Below, piece by piece: positions 45,284 to 54,968 of a stretch of DNA of 60,950 bases. Source of the DNA: a virus (Duplodnaviria > Caudoviricetes); the IMG/VR virus record IMGVR_UViG_3300032102_000021, positions 1-60,950 of that record. One strand, given 5' to 3'. The position numbers and the translations under genes were made by a program. The notes beneath the pieces were generated by a model. The model did no database searches, was not told the origin of the DNA, and saw nothing but the letters and a program-made list of their open reading frames with translations. Positions within the stretch are counted from its first letter, which is position 1; each line of letters begins with the position of its first letter.

Positions 45284-46165
45284 CTATGCGTCGAGTGACT
45301 CGCATTCCACGATAAATTTGAACTCCGTCAGAATCTCCGGGTGGTGCTGCTGCAAGTACCGTTCGATCTCGGTGTTTTCTAGCCATTTGGCCAGGAGCTT
45401 GCTGGCCAGCAGCAAATTGAAAACATCCTGGCTGAAGGTTTGTTCAGCAAGTTTGTATTGCTCTTGCAGACTTCCCATCTCGCGCTCCATGTTGGCCATT
45501 TGTGTCGGACTCACACCGGCGACTTTTTTGGCGACGACCGCATCCACCAGCTGGTTCGGAGGTGTCGCCGCATACAGTGCATTGGCATAGGCCAGGGTGA
45601 CACAGTTGGCGTCCACCATCAATTCAACACACTCGACCTGACGCATCGGCTTCATTTTCTTCAAAATGCTGCCAAGGTCAGCCGCAAATTGCTGATCTTT
45701 CAGCAGTGCCACGGCCTCGGCGCAGATGCCGTCGAGCAGATTGAGCTTTCGAGTGATGGTGGAGACATCCAGGTCCAGTGCATCGGCCAAACGTTGCGCC
45801 GTGACCCCTTTTTCAACTGCCCTGCGAAGCATCACATGTTCTTGAACCGATGACAGACGGTTGATTCGCGTGTTGTAGGTGTAACTTTCGTCATCGGTGG
45901 ACTCCAGGCACAACGCTTCGGTGTGCTCCAGCGATCGCAGTGCCAGCAATCGCAAATGACCATCGAGTAGAACGCGGTGCCCCGTTTTCTTGTCCGCAGG
46001 CCCAACCGTCAATGGCTCGATGAGTCCGACGGCCTTGATGGAGGCTTGGATTTGCATGAATTTTCTGGTCGTCAATATTCTGGAAAGCGCTTTGCGTGAC
46101 GGCAAAATCAGGTCAAGAGGAATGGAGAGTGGATCCAACAGGAAGGCGAGGGACAGTTGCGCCAT
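45284..46165 (-). CDS. ParB/RepB-like partitioning protein (RepB C-terminal domain)
   Basis: SIKAVGLIEPL, LLDGHLRL, YTYN...N.LS..QEH, LKKMKP.RQ. Confidence 0.85.
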   Translation of the reverse strand: MAQLSLAFLLDPLSIPLDLILPSRKALSRILTTRKFMQIQASIKAVGLIEPLTVGPADKKTGHRVLLDGHLRLLALRSLEHTEALCLESTDDESYTYNTRINRLSSVQEHVMLRRAVEKGVTAQRLADALDLDVSTITRKLNLLDGICAEAVALLKDQQFAADLGSILKKMKPMRQVECVELMVDANCVTLAYANALYAATPPNQLVDAVVAKKVAGVSPTQMANMEREMGSLQEQYKLAEQTFSQDVFNLLLASKLLAKWLENTEIERYLQQHHPEILTEFKFIVECESLDA

Positions 46166-46166
46166 T

Positions 46167-47062
46167 TCAAGCTCCTTTCGGCCATACACGTTCGGCCAGG
46201 TACGTTGGCAAGGTGTCCAATCCTTCGGCCCGAAGCAAGGTCGTGAAGTGCTCATTGACCAGGAGTTGCCCCAAGGCGCCGATCACGAATAAGAGGCGTT
46301 GCTGGGCCGCCCCCGCCTTTTTGACCATCAGCTTTTGGCGTTCAACTTCCTTTTGATAGGTTCGGACCAGGCTTGATGCCGTGATGTCTACCGCCACACG
46401 TTGCGTACCCCGACCCAATGCACGCCCAAAGGTCTGGCGCTTTTCGATGATCCGACGGGCTTGGATCAATTGCTTTCCACGCAGCAAACCGGACTCGTAG
46501 GCGTCCTGCAGCGCGGCCTGTACAGCCTCATTGTTGTTGCCCGCGCCCACAATCTCCAAAGCCGCATTCAGCGGTATGCGGCCACTCTCTACCGCCACCA
46601 TCAGGCGCTCCTCTCCATTCTTGATAAGAAGCATGATCCCCTGCACGTAGTCAATGCTCAGGCCAGTTTTCTTGGCGATGGTTTTTTGTCATAACCCTTG
46701 GCCACCAGTTGCTGGATGCCCGCCAGCAGTTCGAGGGGGCTGGATTTGCGACGGGCGATGTTTTCCACCATGCTCATAATGAAGGCGTCTTCATCGTTGA
46801 CATCCACAACCATTGCAGCAATGGTGGTCTCGCCTAGGGCCATAAACGCTTTGAGCCTGCCTTCGCCACAAACGAGTAAGTATTTTTCAGCGCCATCGTC
46901 CCCAGGGCGCGGGGTCACAGTGATGGGTTTTTTGAGTCCGACGGATTTGATGTTCTCAACGATGCCCTCAAAAACCTGCTTGTTACGCTCACGCGGATTG
47001 AGCACCTCTATCCGGTCGACAGGGATCATGCGCAGATTGCCTATAGGCTGCTTTTTGGTCAT
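46167..47062 (-). pseudogene. ParB/RepB/Spo0J protein split by a 1-nt indel in an A6 run (46682-46687)
   Basis: 5' ORF has GLKKPI, LVCGEGRL and ENIAR; adding one A joins it to the 3' ORF via DKKTIAKKTGLSIDYV (HTH). Confidence 0.8.
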
Positions 47063-48624
47063 GATGCCCTCCGCAGGCGTGTGCGCTGGGCCATGCCATA
47101 GAAAAATTCCAGAGTGTCAAAGCGGTAGCTTTCAATTTCGATGGCATTGCGATCGGCCAGACTGATGCGCGGCTGCCCGAAATCCAGGCGCGGCAGGAGG
47201 TAGTAGTCCAATGGTGCATCGTTGGCATGGTTCAGCCGCACGGCCACTGTGATGTCAGGCGCCAGGCTGGTGTCAAATCTCACCTTCCAGCGGTTGCGCC
47301 CGTTGTCATGGGTTTGGCAGCGCGCCAGCACCAGGGACACCGTGAATTCCCTGTTGACCAACAGCAGGTCTGTGGCGGGATCCCTTTCAATGGTGCCACC
47401 CAACTCGCCGATGGCTTGTTCTGTCTGCGCGACGATTTTGGGGTGCAGTCGTCGCAAGAACTGGTTGGCTTCCAGGTATCGGTAATCTCGGTCGGGCGTG
47501 AACCCCACTGTTTGGTAGGCACGAATCAGGCTTCCAAATTTGTGGATGTAGGCCGAGGAGGAGGGCATTCCCTCGGTTTCGTCAATGATCAGTCCCGACA
47601 GATACCCCCGGTGCTCATAGAGATTGCGCAGCTTTTCGATCAGATCTTCCATGCTGTAGCGGTGCGTGCGCCCGCGAATGATCCCTTGTGCCATGTAGAA
47701 CGTTTCTGGTGGAACGATGGCTTCGAAGGCGCCCTCTTTCCTGACCCACTTGTCTGGCTCGTTGACGGTGCGCAGCATCTTGAGTTTGAACGAGATACGG
47801 TTGAACACGTTGTTGCCGATGTACTTTTCGTTGGTCAACACCTGATGCACCGTGGCCCGTGTCCAATTGCGCCCCAGGTCCGTGCGCACGCCTTGTTCGT
47901 TGAGACGAGTCGCGATTTCAGATTCGGACAGACCATGCTCTGTGAACCAGCGATAGATCTGGAGCACGTTTTGAACCTCGACGTCTGGCCCAGGCATCAA
48001 GATGACACGGTCGGTTTGCAGGCTTTTGTGCTCCCCGCGCGCCAGCTCCGCCTTCACGGATCCTGTCTGATCCAGTAGCACGCGCCGCAGTCCATAACCG
48101 GCAGGGCCGCCCTGGCGGTAGCCCAGTTCGATCAGTCGGCACTGACCGGCGAACACCTTGACCGAGAGTTCCCGGCTGTATTCACCGGCCATGGCGCGCT
48201 TGACGCCTTTGACGATGGTGGAGACTGGGGATCCATCGTTATCGAATTGTTCAGCAACGTACCGGACGTGAACGCCTTTGCGCTTGAGGAGGTGTTCGTA
48301 GAACGCCGCTTCGTCAGGGTCCTGAAACCGTCCCCAGCGACTGACGTCGTACACCAAGACCAATTTGAAGTCGATGGCCCCGGCGTCCACGTCCCCGAGT
48401 AGCTGCTGCAGTGATTTGCGCCCGCCGATGTTCAGACCGCTTTTGCCATCATCGGCATAGGTGCGAACAATTTCAATGCCTTGAACTCGGGCGTACTCGC
48501 GGATTTTGTCGGCCTGGTTTTCGGTGGAGTACTGCTGGTGCTCCGTTGACATGCGAACATATTCCGCGGCGCGAATGCGTTTGGACGGTTCCGTCTGTTC
48601 TCCTGTGGCCTCATTGTTTTGCAT
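47059..48624 (-). CDS. Large serine recombinase 1
   Basis: YVRMSTEHQ catalytic Ser, D.GKSG, DVSRWGR, G..GYG, LTNEKYIG. Confidence 0.95.
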   Translation of the reverse strand: MQNNEATGEQTEPSKRIRAAEYVRMSTEHQQYSTENQADKIREYARVQGIEIVRTYADDGKSGLNIGGRKSLQQLLGDVDAGAIDFKLVLVYDVSRWGRFQDPDEAAFYEHLLKRKGVHVRYVAEQFDNDGSPVSTIVKGVKRAMAGEYSRELSVKVFAGQCRLIELGYRQGGPAGYGLRRVLLDQTGSVKAELARGEHKSLQTDRVILMPGPDVEVQNVLQIYRWFTEHGLSESEIATRLNEQGVRTDLGRNWTRATVHQVLTNEKYIGNNVFNRISFKLKMLRTVNEPDKWVRKEGAFEAIVPPETFYMAQGIIRGRTHRYSMEDLIEKLRNLYEHRGYLSGLIIDETEGMPSSSAYIHKFGSLIRAYQTVGFTPDRDYRYLEANQFLRRLHPKIVAQTEQAIGELGGTIERDPATDLLLVNREFTVSLVLARCQTHDNGRNRWKVRFDTSLAPDITVAVRLNHANDAPLDYYLLPRLDFGQPRISLADRNAIEIESYRFDTLEFFYGMAQRTRLRRAS

Positions 48625-48793
48625 GGCATCCGATCGTTCAACGTTTGTAATGGATGCTCTCGAGCCTGCATTTCACTTCGCTGCAAGCCATGGTGCTGAT
48701 GGTTGTCAGCGCGGACGTACCGGTGAAGCGGTTGCCATGCAGGTTTTCGGGAGCATATTTGGACGCAACGGTAATGCCAGAGGCTCAACTCGT

Positions 48794-49204
48794 CTAACGA
48801 GTTATATCTTTGCACTCGTTCTCTTTGCATGGACAGTGGTGGCACACAGGGGAAATCTTTGCAATCCACTCGTCGCTCTTAGCAGCGCCGAAATTGGGGG
48901 TGAACTCGATTCGGTACAGACCTGACAGCGGAGCCGAAATGATTTCGGAATCGGTGGGTTGCTTTTTCCCGGCACCTTTTCCGTTGCCCCGGTAGTTGCG
49001 CCAATAATCCGGATTGCGATCCAGCCAAGCTCTTTGGGCGCGGGCTTTATTGTCAAGGTACACCTCCCCGGTGCGTGGCCGGGTTTGCCGCCAGCGTTTG
49101 CGCCGCTCTGCCTGGCAGGCAGGTGTCGAGCAGTAGGTTTGGTTTTTGACCCGTGGGTCAGGCAGGAAGGACTGGCCGCAGCAGGCGCAGAATATTGGGT
49201 GCAT
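48794..49204 (-). CDS. Small zinc-finger basic protein
   Basis: CACC...F.P.PR...Q.YCS..ACQ..R, W...NPDYWR.YR; GGAG SD. Confidence 0.65.
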   Translation of the reverse strand: MHPIFCACCGQSFLPDPRVKNQTYCSTPACQAERRKRWRQTRPRTGEVYLDNKARAQRAWLDRNPDYWRNYRGNGKGAGKKQPTDSEIISAPLSGLYRIEFTPNFGAAKSDEWIAKISPVCHHCPCKENECKDITR

Positions 49205-49416
49205 CAGATTTCTCCATACGAAAATTCGTATGGGAACTGTCAAAATGCTCCGTAGCGGGCGGGCAACAGTGCCGGATGGTCAACAGAACGGTCAACGAGT
49301 AGAATCTAGATTTGGCCCGCCCGTTGAGTGTGGGCGATGGTTGCCCTCAAGACACCTCGTTTTTATCCGAGCATGTCTACGAGGGTTTTGGTGTTTGGCG
49401 TACAGGAGCCTGTTCA

Positions 49417-49974
49417 ATGTTTAACGAGCGCAAAGCGGCGCAAATGGCGGCGTTCTTTCTGGGGCAAGCCCCGGAGAGCAGAATGCCGCATTTGAAGCTG
49501 ATGAAGCTCCTGTACCTTTCGGATCGCGAGGCCTTGCGGGTTTTCGGCTGGCCGATTTCGGGTGACCGACTGGTTTCTATGCCCCATGGGCCGGTTCTCT
49601 CTCAGACGCTCAACCTGATGGATGGCGACGTCGAGTCCCAGCCTGGCGGTTGGGAAGAGTGGATTTCCGACAAGGAAAACCACGAACTTTCGTTGCGCCA
49701 GCCCTTGGATGCGGCAGCCCTCGATGAGTTGGCCCCGGCAGAGATCGATGTGCTCAAGATCGTCTGGGGCAAGTTCGGTGCCATGGGCAAGTGGGAAATC
49801 CGCGACTGGACCCATAAGCACTGCGCCGAGTGGAAAGATCCGAAGGGCTCATCTATTCCTATCCAGTACGACGCAATGGCACGTGCGGTGGGCTTCGATG
49901 ATGCTTCTGCGAAGGAACTGGCTGCCCAAATCCACGCTGAGCAGGAAATCGATCGCATCTTCGCGGCTCTATGA
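49417..49974 (+). CDS. Panacea (SocA/DUF4065) antitoxin
   Basis: LKLMKLLY..DR...G.PISGD...M.HGPV, ..TH...EW; AGGAG SD. Confidence 0.9.
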   Translation: MFNERKAAQMAAFFLGQAPESRMPHLKLMKLLYLSDREALRVFGWPISGDRLVSMPHGPVLSQTLNLMDGDVESQPGGWEEWISDKENHELSLRQPLDAAALDELAPAEIDVLKIVWGKFGAMGKWEIRDWTHKHCAEWKDPKGSSIPIQYDAMARAVGFDDASAKELAAQIHAEQEIDRIFAAL

Positions 49975-50390
49975 GTCTGTTTCTTCCGCTGAAGCGGGCG
50001 ACGCTACTCATTCCGTCGGGACCGCAAGGTGATAAAGATCGCAAGCATCTTTTCATTCTGCTGACTGATCCTCATGGTGATGAGTCTGGGAGGACATGTG
50101 TTTTGATGGTCTCGCTATCGACCGTCAGGCAAGGCGTACCCCACGACCCCGCTTGCATTTTGTATGCGGGCGACCATGCTTTTGTGAAACATGACAGTTA
50201 CGTCGTCTACCAGAAGGCGCGCCTTGAGGAAGCTGACAAAGTTTTGCGCGGGGTGAAGAGCGGGCAACTTGTCCCGCAGGACCCGATGGATAGCGCCGTG
50301 TTCGCTAGGATCTGTAAAGGTCTAGAAGAGTCAAGACTGACCCCAACAAAATTGGTTAACTTCTATCTCAAAGCCACTGGCCAGATTTGA
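49971..50390 (+). CDS. Putative toxin partner (PemK/MazF-like fold inferred)
   Basis: ATGA-coupled to the antitoxin; HLFILLT...MVSLST...L..GDH.F.KHDS. Confidence 0.65.
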   Translation: MSLFLPLKRATLLIPSGPQGDKDRKHLFILLTDPHGDESGRTCVLMVSLSTVRQGVPHDPACILYAGDHAFVKHDSYVVYQKARLEEADKVLRGVKSGQLVPQDPMDSAVFARICKGLEESRLTPTKLVNFYLKATGQI

Positions 50391-50549
50391 CGGCGTTTAG
50401 GATGCTACTGTTGGCATCAGGATGATCCGGGGAGTGGTGGGAAGTCGTAGGTTCTCGTTTCTTACCCCCTCACATCCTACCTGACAGTATGTTTTGCCAC
50501 GTTTGGCACAGAACTACGGGAGGGTGGTCATTTTGGGTGCTATACTACA

Positions 50550-50773
50550 CCACCATTCATATAAATCCCGACTCTTATCAGTCGGGATTTTTTTTGCCCG
50601 TTCCCCCAGTGTTGGCGCGGTTCGGCGCAATTTCCTCTTGAGCGGCAAGACGGCCACGACGCCACTTTTTATGCCCTGATACCCCTTTTTCTGTCTCTAT
50701 TCTCTGCTGGTCTCTTGAGCGTTCAAGTTGCGTGGTCTAGCAAAATCAACGACTTGCAATGGGGTGGTTGCAA
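50550..50773 (+). repeat. 224-bp element-end repeat, copy 1 (att-like; starts CCACCA)
   Basis: Ungapped match to 52411-52634 with about 12 mismatches counted by eye. Confidence 0.92.
50563..50595. terminator. Intrinsic terminator-like hairpin within repeat copy 1
   Basis: AAATCCCGACT-cttatc-AGTCGGGATTT plus T-run; also present in copy 2. Confidence 0.75.
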
Positions 50774-50820
50774 TCGCAAAGCGCTATCCATCGCAGATTT
50801 GAAATATGAAACCCCGTCCG

Positions 50821-52275
50821 TCAGACCGGCTTGGCATGCGTTCGACTGGCTTTTTGAGGGGCATCTTCGGCGGCCAGGGGTAGCTCTGCCATGTCTTTGA
50901 TCTGCTGGATCAGCCCTGGCACGTCCATCTCAATGCGCATGCCATCGGGGTACAACGTGACGCGCTTAATCAACCGGAACAAGACGCCGGCGACCGTGAA
51001 CTCTGTAAAAAGATTCCAGGCCTCATCCAGGCGCAGCAGGGACTTTCGGATGCCGTCCTCATCAAGAACACAGTCGTCGGGCAGGTTTCTTTGCACCATC
51101 GGCAGCCAGGCCGTGGGATCTTTGAAATGCTGGCGCAGGTGTTCGGTAACGAACCGGTGAACCTCATCTACCGACAAATTGAACGGTGGCAGGCCGGCGG
51201 CCTTTTCTGCTTCGGTGGCCGGGCCCATGTAATAGCGGTACTGGCCCTTGTCGCGCAGCGAGGACTTGAACAGGGTGTACGGGCGCCCGTCATGCCAAAA
51301 CAGCCGGTTGCTCAGGGGGAACTCGAGCTCACTCCACCCCTGGTTGGGTACGCCCTTGCGCCTTGCCCGCTGCGCCAGCTTTTCCTGAACGGCTCGCCAC
51401 AGATCCAGGTCGATGATGGGTGAATAGATGCCGCTATGCCACTCGCCATCAAACTGCGCCTCTCCGATGTACATCCGGTTGCCGAACATCCGGTACAAGG
51501 TGGTGCGGTCCATGGGGCGGCCACCCCGGGGGTTGCCATCGCGCGTAATCCATTTCTTGGTCTTGACCTTCTGACGCTCAATCCACGCCATCAAATCTGC
51601 CATGGTCTCTGACGCCACATAGCGCCTGAAAATCTCACGCACCAAACTGGCATCGGACTTGTTCACTACCAAGCGTTGCTCGAAATCGACTTCGTAGCCC
51701 AAGGGGGTGCCACTGCCTTGCCAGCGCCCCTGGCGGCGCGTGGCAGAGAGCTTGTCACGGGTGCGCTCCCCGATGGTCTCTCGTTCGAACTCGGCAAAGC
51801 TGGTGAGTAGGTTCAATGACAAGCGGCCGTTGGGCGAATGGGTGTCAATCTGCTGGGTTACGCTGACCAGCTCGACACACTTGAGCCGCAGAAGCGGTAG
51901 CAGCACGTCAGTCAGGTCAAACAGGCTACGACTGAGCCGATCCAGTCGGTGCACCACGATCACCTCGACCTCGCCCTGCTGTACGAGCTCCATCAGGGCA
52001 CGCAGTCCCGGGCGATGAAGATCTCGAGCGCTTTCACCGTCGTCGGTGTAAGCCGGGCCAGCCAAACACCATCCCAAGCCAAACTGGCTGGCGACATACT
52101 GTTCGCAAGCCTCAATTTGCGCTGCAAGCGAGTTGAACTCGCCAGACTGGGCGTCGGCGACGGACACGCGCGCATAAACCGCGCAGCGCACAATGGGCTG
52201 CGACGGCTGCGACGGCTGGGGGGTTGCGGCGGGTGCTTGGATGGGGCTCACAGCCCACATCATCTCAAACAACAA
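50821..52275 (-). CDS. Large serine recombinase 2 (exact start uncertain)
   Basis: YARVS, RPGL, RLDRLSRS, FAEFERE.IGER, G..PLGY, N..YIG. Confidence 0.93.
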   Translation of the reverse strand: MLFEMMWAVSPIQAPAATPQPSQPSQPIVRCAVYARVSVADAQSGEFNSLAAQIEACEQYVASQFGLGWCLAGPAYTDDGESARDLHRPGLRALMELVQQGEVEVIVVHRLDRLSRSLFDLTDVLLPLLRLKCVELVSVTQQIDTHSPNGRLSLNLLTSFAEFERETIGERTRDKLSATRRQGRWQGSGTPLGYEVDFEQRLVVNKSDASLVREIFRRYVASETMADLMAWIERQKVKTKKWITRDGNPRGGRPMDRTTLYRMFGNRMYIGEAQFDGEWHSGIYSPIIDLDLWRAVQEKLAQRARRKGVPNQGWSELEFPLSNRLFWHDGRPYTLFKSSLRDKGQYRYYMGPATEAEKAAGLPPFNLSVDEVHRFVTEHLRQHFKDPTAWLPMVQRNLPDDCVLDEDGIRKSLLRLDEAWNLFTEFTVAGVLFRLIKRVTLYPDGMRIEMDVPGLIQQIKDMAELPLAAEDAPQKASRTHAKPV

Positions 52276-52410
52276 GGGCGCGGGTCACCTTGCTGGGAGA
52301 TCAGGGGAAGGCGGACAACGACCCGAAATCAAAGACTTTAGAGGTGAGCATTGCTCATGTTCTTGGAGAATGTTCCGACCTTTGCGGCCGGACGTTCATA
52401 CTTCAAATTG

Positions 52411-52634
52411 CCACCATTCATAGAAATCCCGACTCTTATCAGTCGGGATTTTTTTTGCCCGTTCCCCCAGTGTTGGCGCGGTTCGGCGCATTTTCCTCTT
52501 GAGCGGCAGGACGGCGACGACGCCACTATTCATGCCCTGACACCCCGTTTTCTGTCTCTATTCTCTGCTGGTCTCTTGAGCGTTCAAGTCGCGTGGTCTA
52601 GCAAAATCAACGGTTTGCAACGGGGTGGTTGCAA
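52411..52634 (+). repeat. 224-bp element-end repeat, copy 2 (probable left end of the rightward prophage)
   Basis: Direct repeat of 50550-50773 at an offset of 1861 bp. Confidence 0.92.
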
Positions 52635-52689
52635 CTGGCAAGCACTTCGCGGTTGGGAACTGGCAATGCGAATCTTGACCGACGGCCAC

Positions 52690-52712
52690 AAAAAAGCCGC
52701 CTCGAGGGCGGC
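52690..52712 (-). terminator. Intrinsic terminator of recombinase-3 operon
   Basis: Minus strand GCCGCC-ctcga-GGCGGC-TTTTTT just after the ORF ending at 52739. Confidence 0.75.
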
Positions 52713-52738
52713 CGTTTGCTTCGGTGATGTCCTTGTGC

Positions 52739-53224
52739 CTATTGGTAAGGCCCCAGCCTTGCCCGCTGAGCCGCCCACTCGGTGGGCAGGGCACCGCCGC
52801 GAATGAAGTGCTCCAGCGCCATCTTGCTGCCAGGTCTAAGACTGGCGTGGATGATCTTTGGATCCAGGTATGCCAGCTTCGCGATACGGCTTGCCTGACT
52901 GAGGTTCATCTCCTCGGCTGCAGCGATCTCCGTCAACGAGCCGAAACGACCATCGTCTAGCAGCCGCTGCCAGTGATGCGCCAACCCCAGAGCTCGAAGC
53001 AGCGGACTTGGTTGCTCAAGTTCTCGTTGCTGGCGTTCACGGGCCGCCTCGTCGTTGAATTCAATGGGTGTGTCGAACGGCGTGATCACCTTACGCCGCA
53101 CGCCCCGTTTGACCAGCGTCCATGGAATGTATGTCTCCATCTGCACGCCACCTGCCGGACGCGGGATCTGGAATGTCACCGGGGTTCCGATCACTTTGCC
53201 GAGGTCTTTTTTGCCCATCTTCAC
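52739..53224 (-). CDS. Recombinase accessory protein with HTH-like region
   Basis: ALGLAHHWQRLLDDG...S..EIA..E...L..L.P.I. Confidence 0.8.
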   Translation of the reverse strand: MKMGKKDLGKVIGTPVTFQIPRPAGGVQMETYIPWTLVKRGVRRKVITPFDTPIEFNDEAARERQQRELEQPSPLLRALGLAHHWQRLLDDGRFGSLTEIAAAEEMNLSQASRIAKLAYLDPKIIHASLRPGSKMALEHFIRGGALPTEWAAQRARLGPYQ

Positions 53225-53226
53225 TC

Positions 53227-53601
53227 CTATCTGAACTGATCAAAAAGTGCCCGCTGCTCGCTCCAGAGACTGGGAATACGGTTGCGGATCAGCCAATGCG
53301 CCGTCATTCGTCTGGGTTGTTTGCCGGCCATCAGTTCTTCAATCAGGTCGGGAGCCAGTAGCCCCATCCGGACCAACCGGTTCACGGTCGATGGTGTGAC
53401 GCCTTCAACTTTGGCAATGTCGGACCCGCTGGCGTATACGCCAGTGTCAAGGAGCTCTTGCCAAAAGAACCCACGACCGACCACATTGAGGATGTTGACG
53501 TCATGAACAGGGGCACCGCTGTCCGCGATCAGCCTGCCTGCCCGCCGCTTCAAATTCAGTGGCACGAAGGTGCTCTGGTCTGTCGACTCAGTGACGCTCA
53601 T
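53227..53601 (-). CDS. Recombinase accessory protein, paralogue of 52739-53224
   Basis: R...WQELLDTG...S..DIA..EG...L.LLAPD, LW.EQR. Confidence 0.8.
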   Translation of the reverse strand: MSVTESTDQSTFVPLNLKRRAGRLIADSGAPVHDVNILNVVGRGFFWQELLDTGVYASGSDIAKVEGVTPSTVNRLVRMGLLAPDLIEELMAGKQPRRMTAHWLIRNRIPSLWSEQRALFDQFR

Positions 53602-54968
53602 GTCGCCTCCATTTCGACCAACTCGGCACCGATGCTGTCCGGCGCGAATTCTTCAATCAGGTCCTTCCAGCCAACCTCTCGCCACTTCACTTTCAGCCCA
53701 CCGGTCACCAGGTCCACACGCTCGATCATCAGGTTCACGATGCGGTGCTTCTCAGCCGGGTAAAGCTGCTCCCAAACACTGCCCAGCTGGCGCATGGCCA
53801 TCACTGCGATGTCCTCGCGCACGGCTGAACCGTTTTTACGAATGAACTGGCAGACGCCAGCTACCGATTCAGGGCTGGAGAGCACGGTCTTGATCTGGGC
53901 CAACGCGGCGGCCTCGACCTCATCGGCCGGTAGGCGCGCGTAGGTTTTGCTGTCAGCACCGAACCTGGCCTCTGATTTCGAGAAGTAGTAGCGGTACTTG
54001 CGACCGTTCTTGTTGGAGTAGGTCGGGTACATCCGCTCCCCAGATGGGGCATACAACAAGCCGCGCAGCAGGGCATCCGTTCGCGAGCGCGCTTTGGTTT
54101 CCACCGAGCGCGTGTGTCCATCGCTGGCCAGGATTTCGTGGACTTGCCCCCACAGGCCGTGATCAATGATCGCGCTGTGGACGCCGGGGTGCCAGCTGCC
54201 CTTGTGGGAGATCTCCCCCAAGTAGAGCCGGTTGCGCAGCAGCTTGTACAGGTACTTTTTGTCTATGCGCGAACCGCTATGCATCTGGCCGTTGCGCGTC
54301 ACCCACGCTTTGGTGGTGAATCCTTCGGCTGTCAAGTTGGCTGCGATTTGTGTCGTCGAACCGATCGTCAGCATTTCCTTGAAGATGCGCTGGACGATGG
54401 CGGCTTCAGCATCGTTGACGATGAGCTGCCGGTTCACGACGTCGTAACCCAGGGGCGGCACACCACCCATCCACATGCCCTTGCGCTTGGATGCCGCGAT
54501 CTTGTCGCGGATGCGCTCACCCGTGACCTCGCGTTCGAACTGCGCGAACGACAGCAGCACGTTCAGCATCAACCGCCCCATAGATGTGGTGGTGTTGAAC
54601 TGCTGCGTGACCGAGACGAACGAGACCTTACGGCGCTCGAACACTTCGACCATCTTGGAGAAGTCCGCCAGGCTACGCGTCAGTCGGTCGATCTTGTAGA
54701 CCACCACGATGTCAATGAGGCCACGCTCGATGTCGGCCATCAGGCGCTTCAGACCGGGGCGTTCGGTATTGCCACCAGAAAATCCAGGATCATCGTAATC
54801 GTCGGCCACCGGTATCCAGCCTTCTGCACGTTGGCTGGCGACGTACGCATGCCCCGCTTCGCGCTGCGCATCGATGGAATTGAACTCCTGATCTAGTCGC
54901 TCGTCGGTGGATACGCGGCAATACACCGCGCATCGCTGGCGTGGCTTTTTGTTCGGGGTGTCGCTCAC
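53598..54968 (-). CDS. Large serine recombinase 3 (prophage integrase)
   Basis: YCRVS, DDPGFSGG..ERPGL, KIDRLTRS, FAQFERE, GG.PPLGY; GTG start overlapping DUF2924 stop. Confidence 0.95.
   Translation of the reverse strand: MSDTPNKKPRQRCAVYCRVSTDERLDQEFNSIDAQREAGHAYVASQRAEGWIPVADDYDDPGFSGGNTERPGLKRLMADIERGLIDIVVVYKIDRLTRSLADFSKMVEVFERRKVSFVSVTQQFNTTTSMGRLMLNVLLSFAQFEREVTGERIRDKIAASKRKGMWMGGVPPLGYDVVNRQLIVNDAEAAIVQRIFKEMLTIGSTTQIAANLTAEGFTTKAWVTRNGQMHSGSRIDKKYLYKLLRNRLYLGEISHKGSWHPGVHSAIIDHGLWGQVHEILASDGHTRSVETKARSRTDALLRGLLYAPSGERMYPTYSNKNGRKYRYYFSKSEARFGADSKTYARLPADEVEAAALAQIKTVLSSPESVAGVCQFIRKNGSAVREDIAVMAMRQLGSVWEQLYPAEKHRIVNLMIERVDLVTGGLKVKWREVGWKDLIEEFAPDSIGAELVEMEAT

Noticed and set aside
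50480-52416. Intact tRNA or tmRNA upstream of either CCACCA
   Set aside because: No T-arm (GTTCRA stem-loop) or cloverleaf precedes either copy
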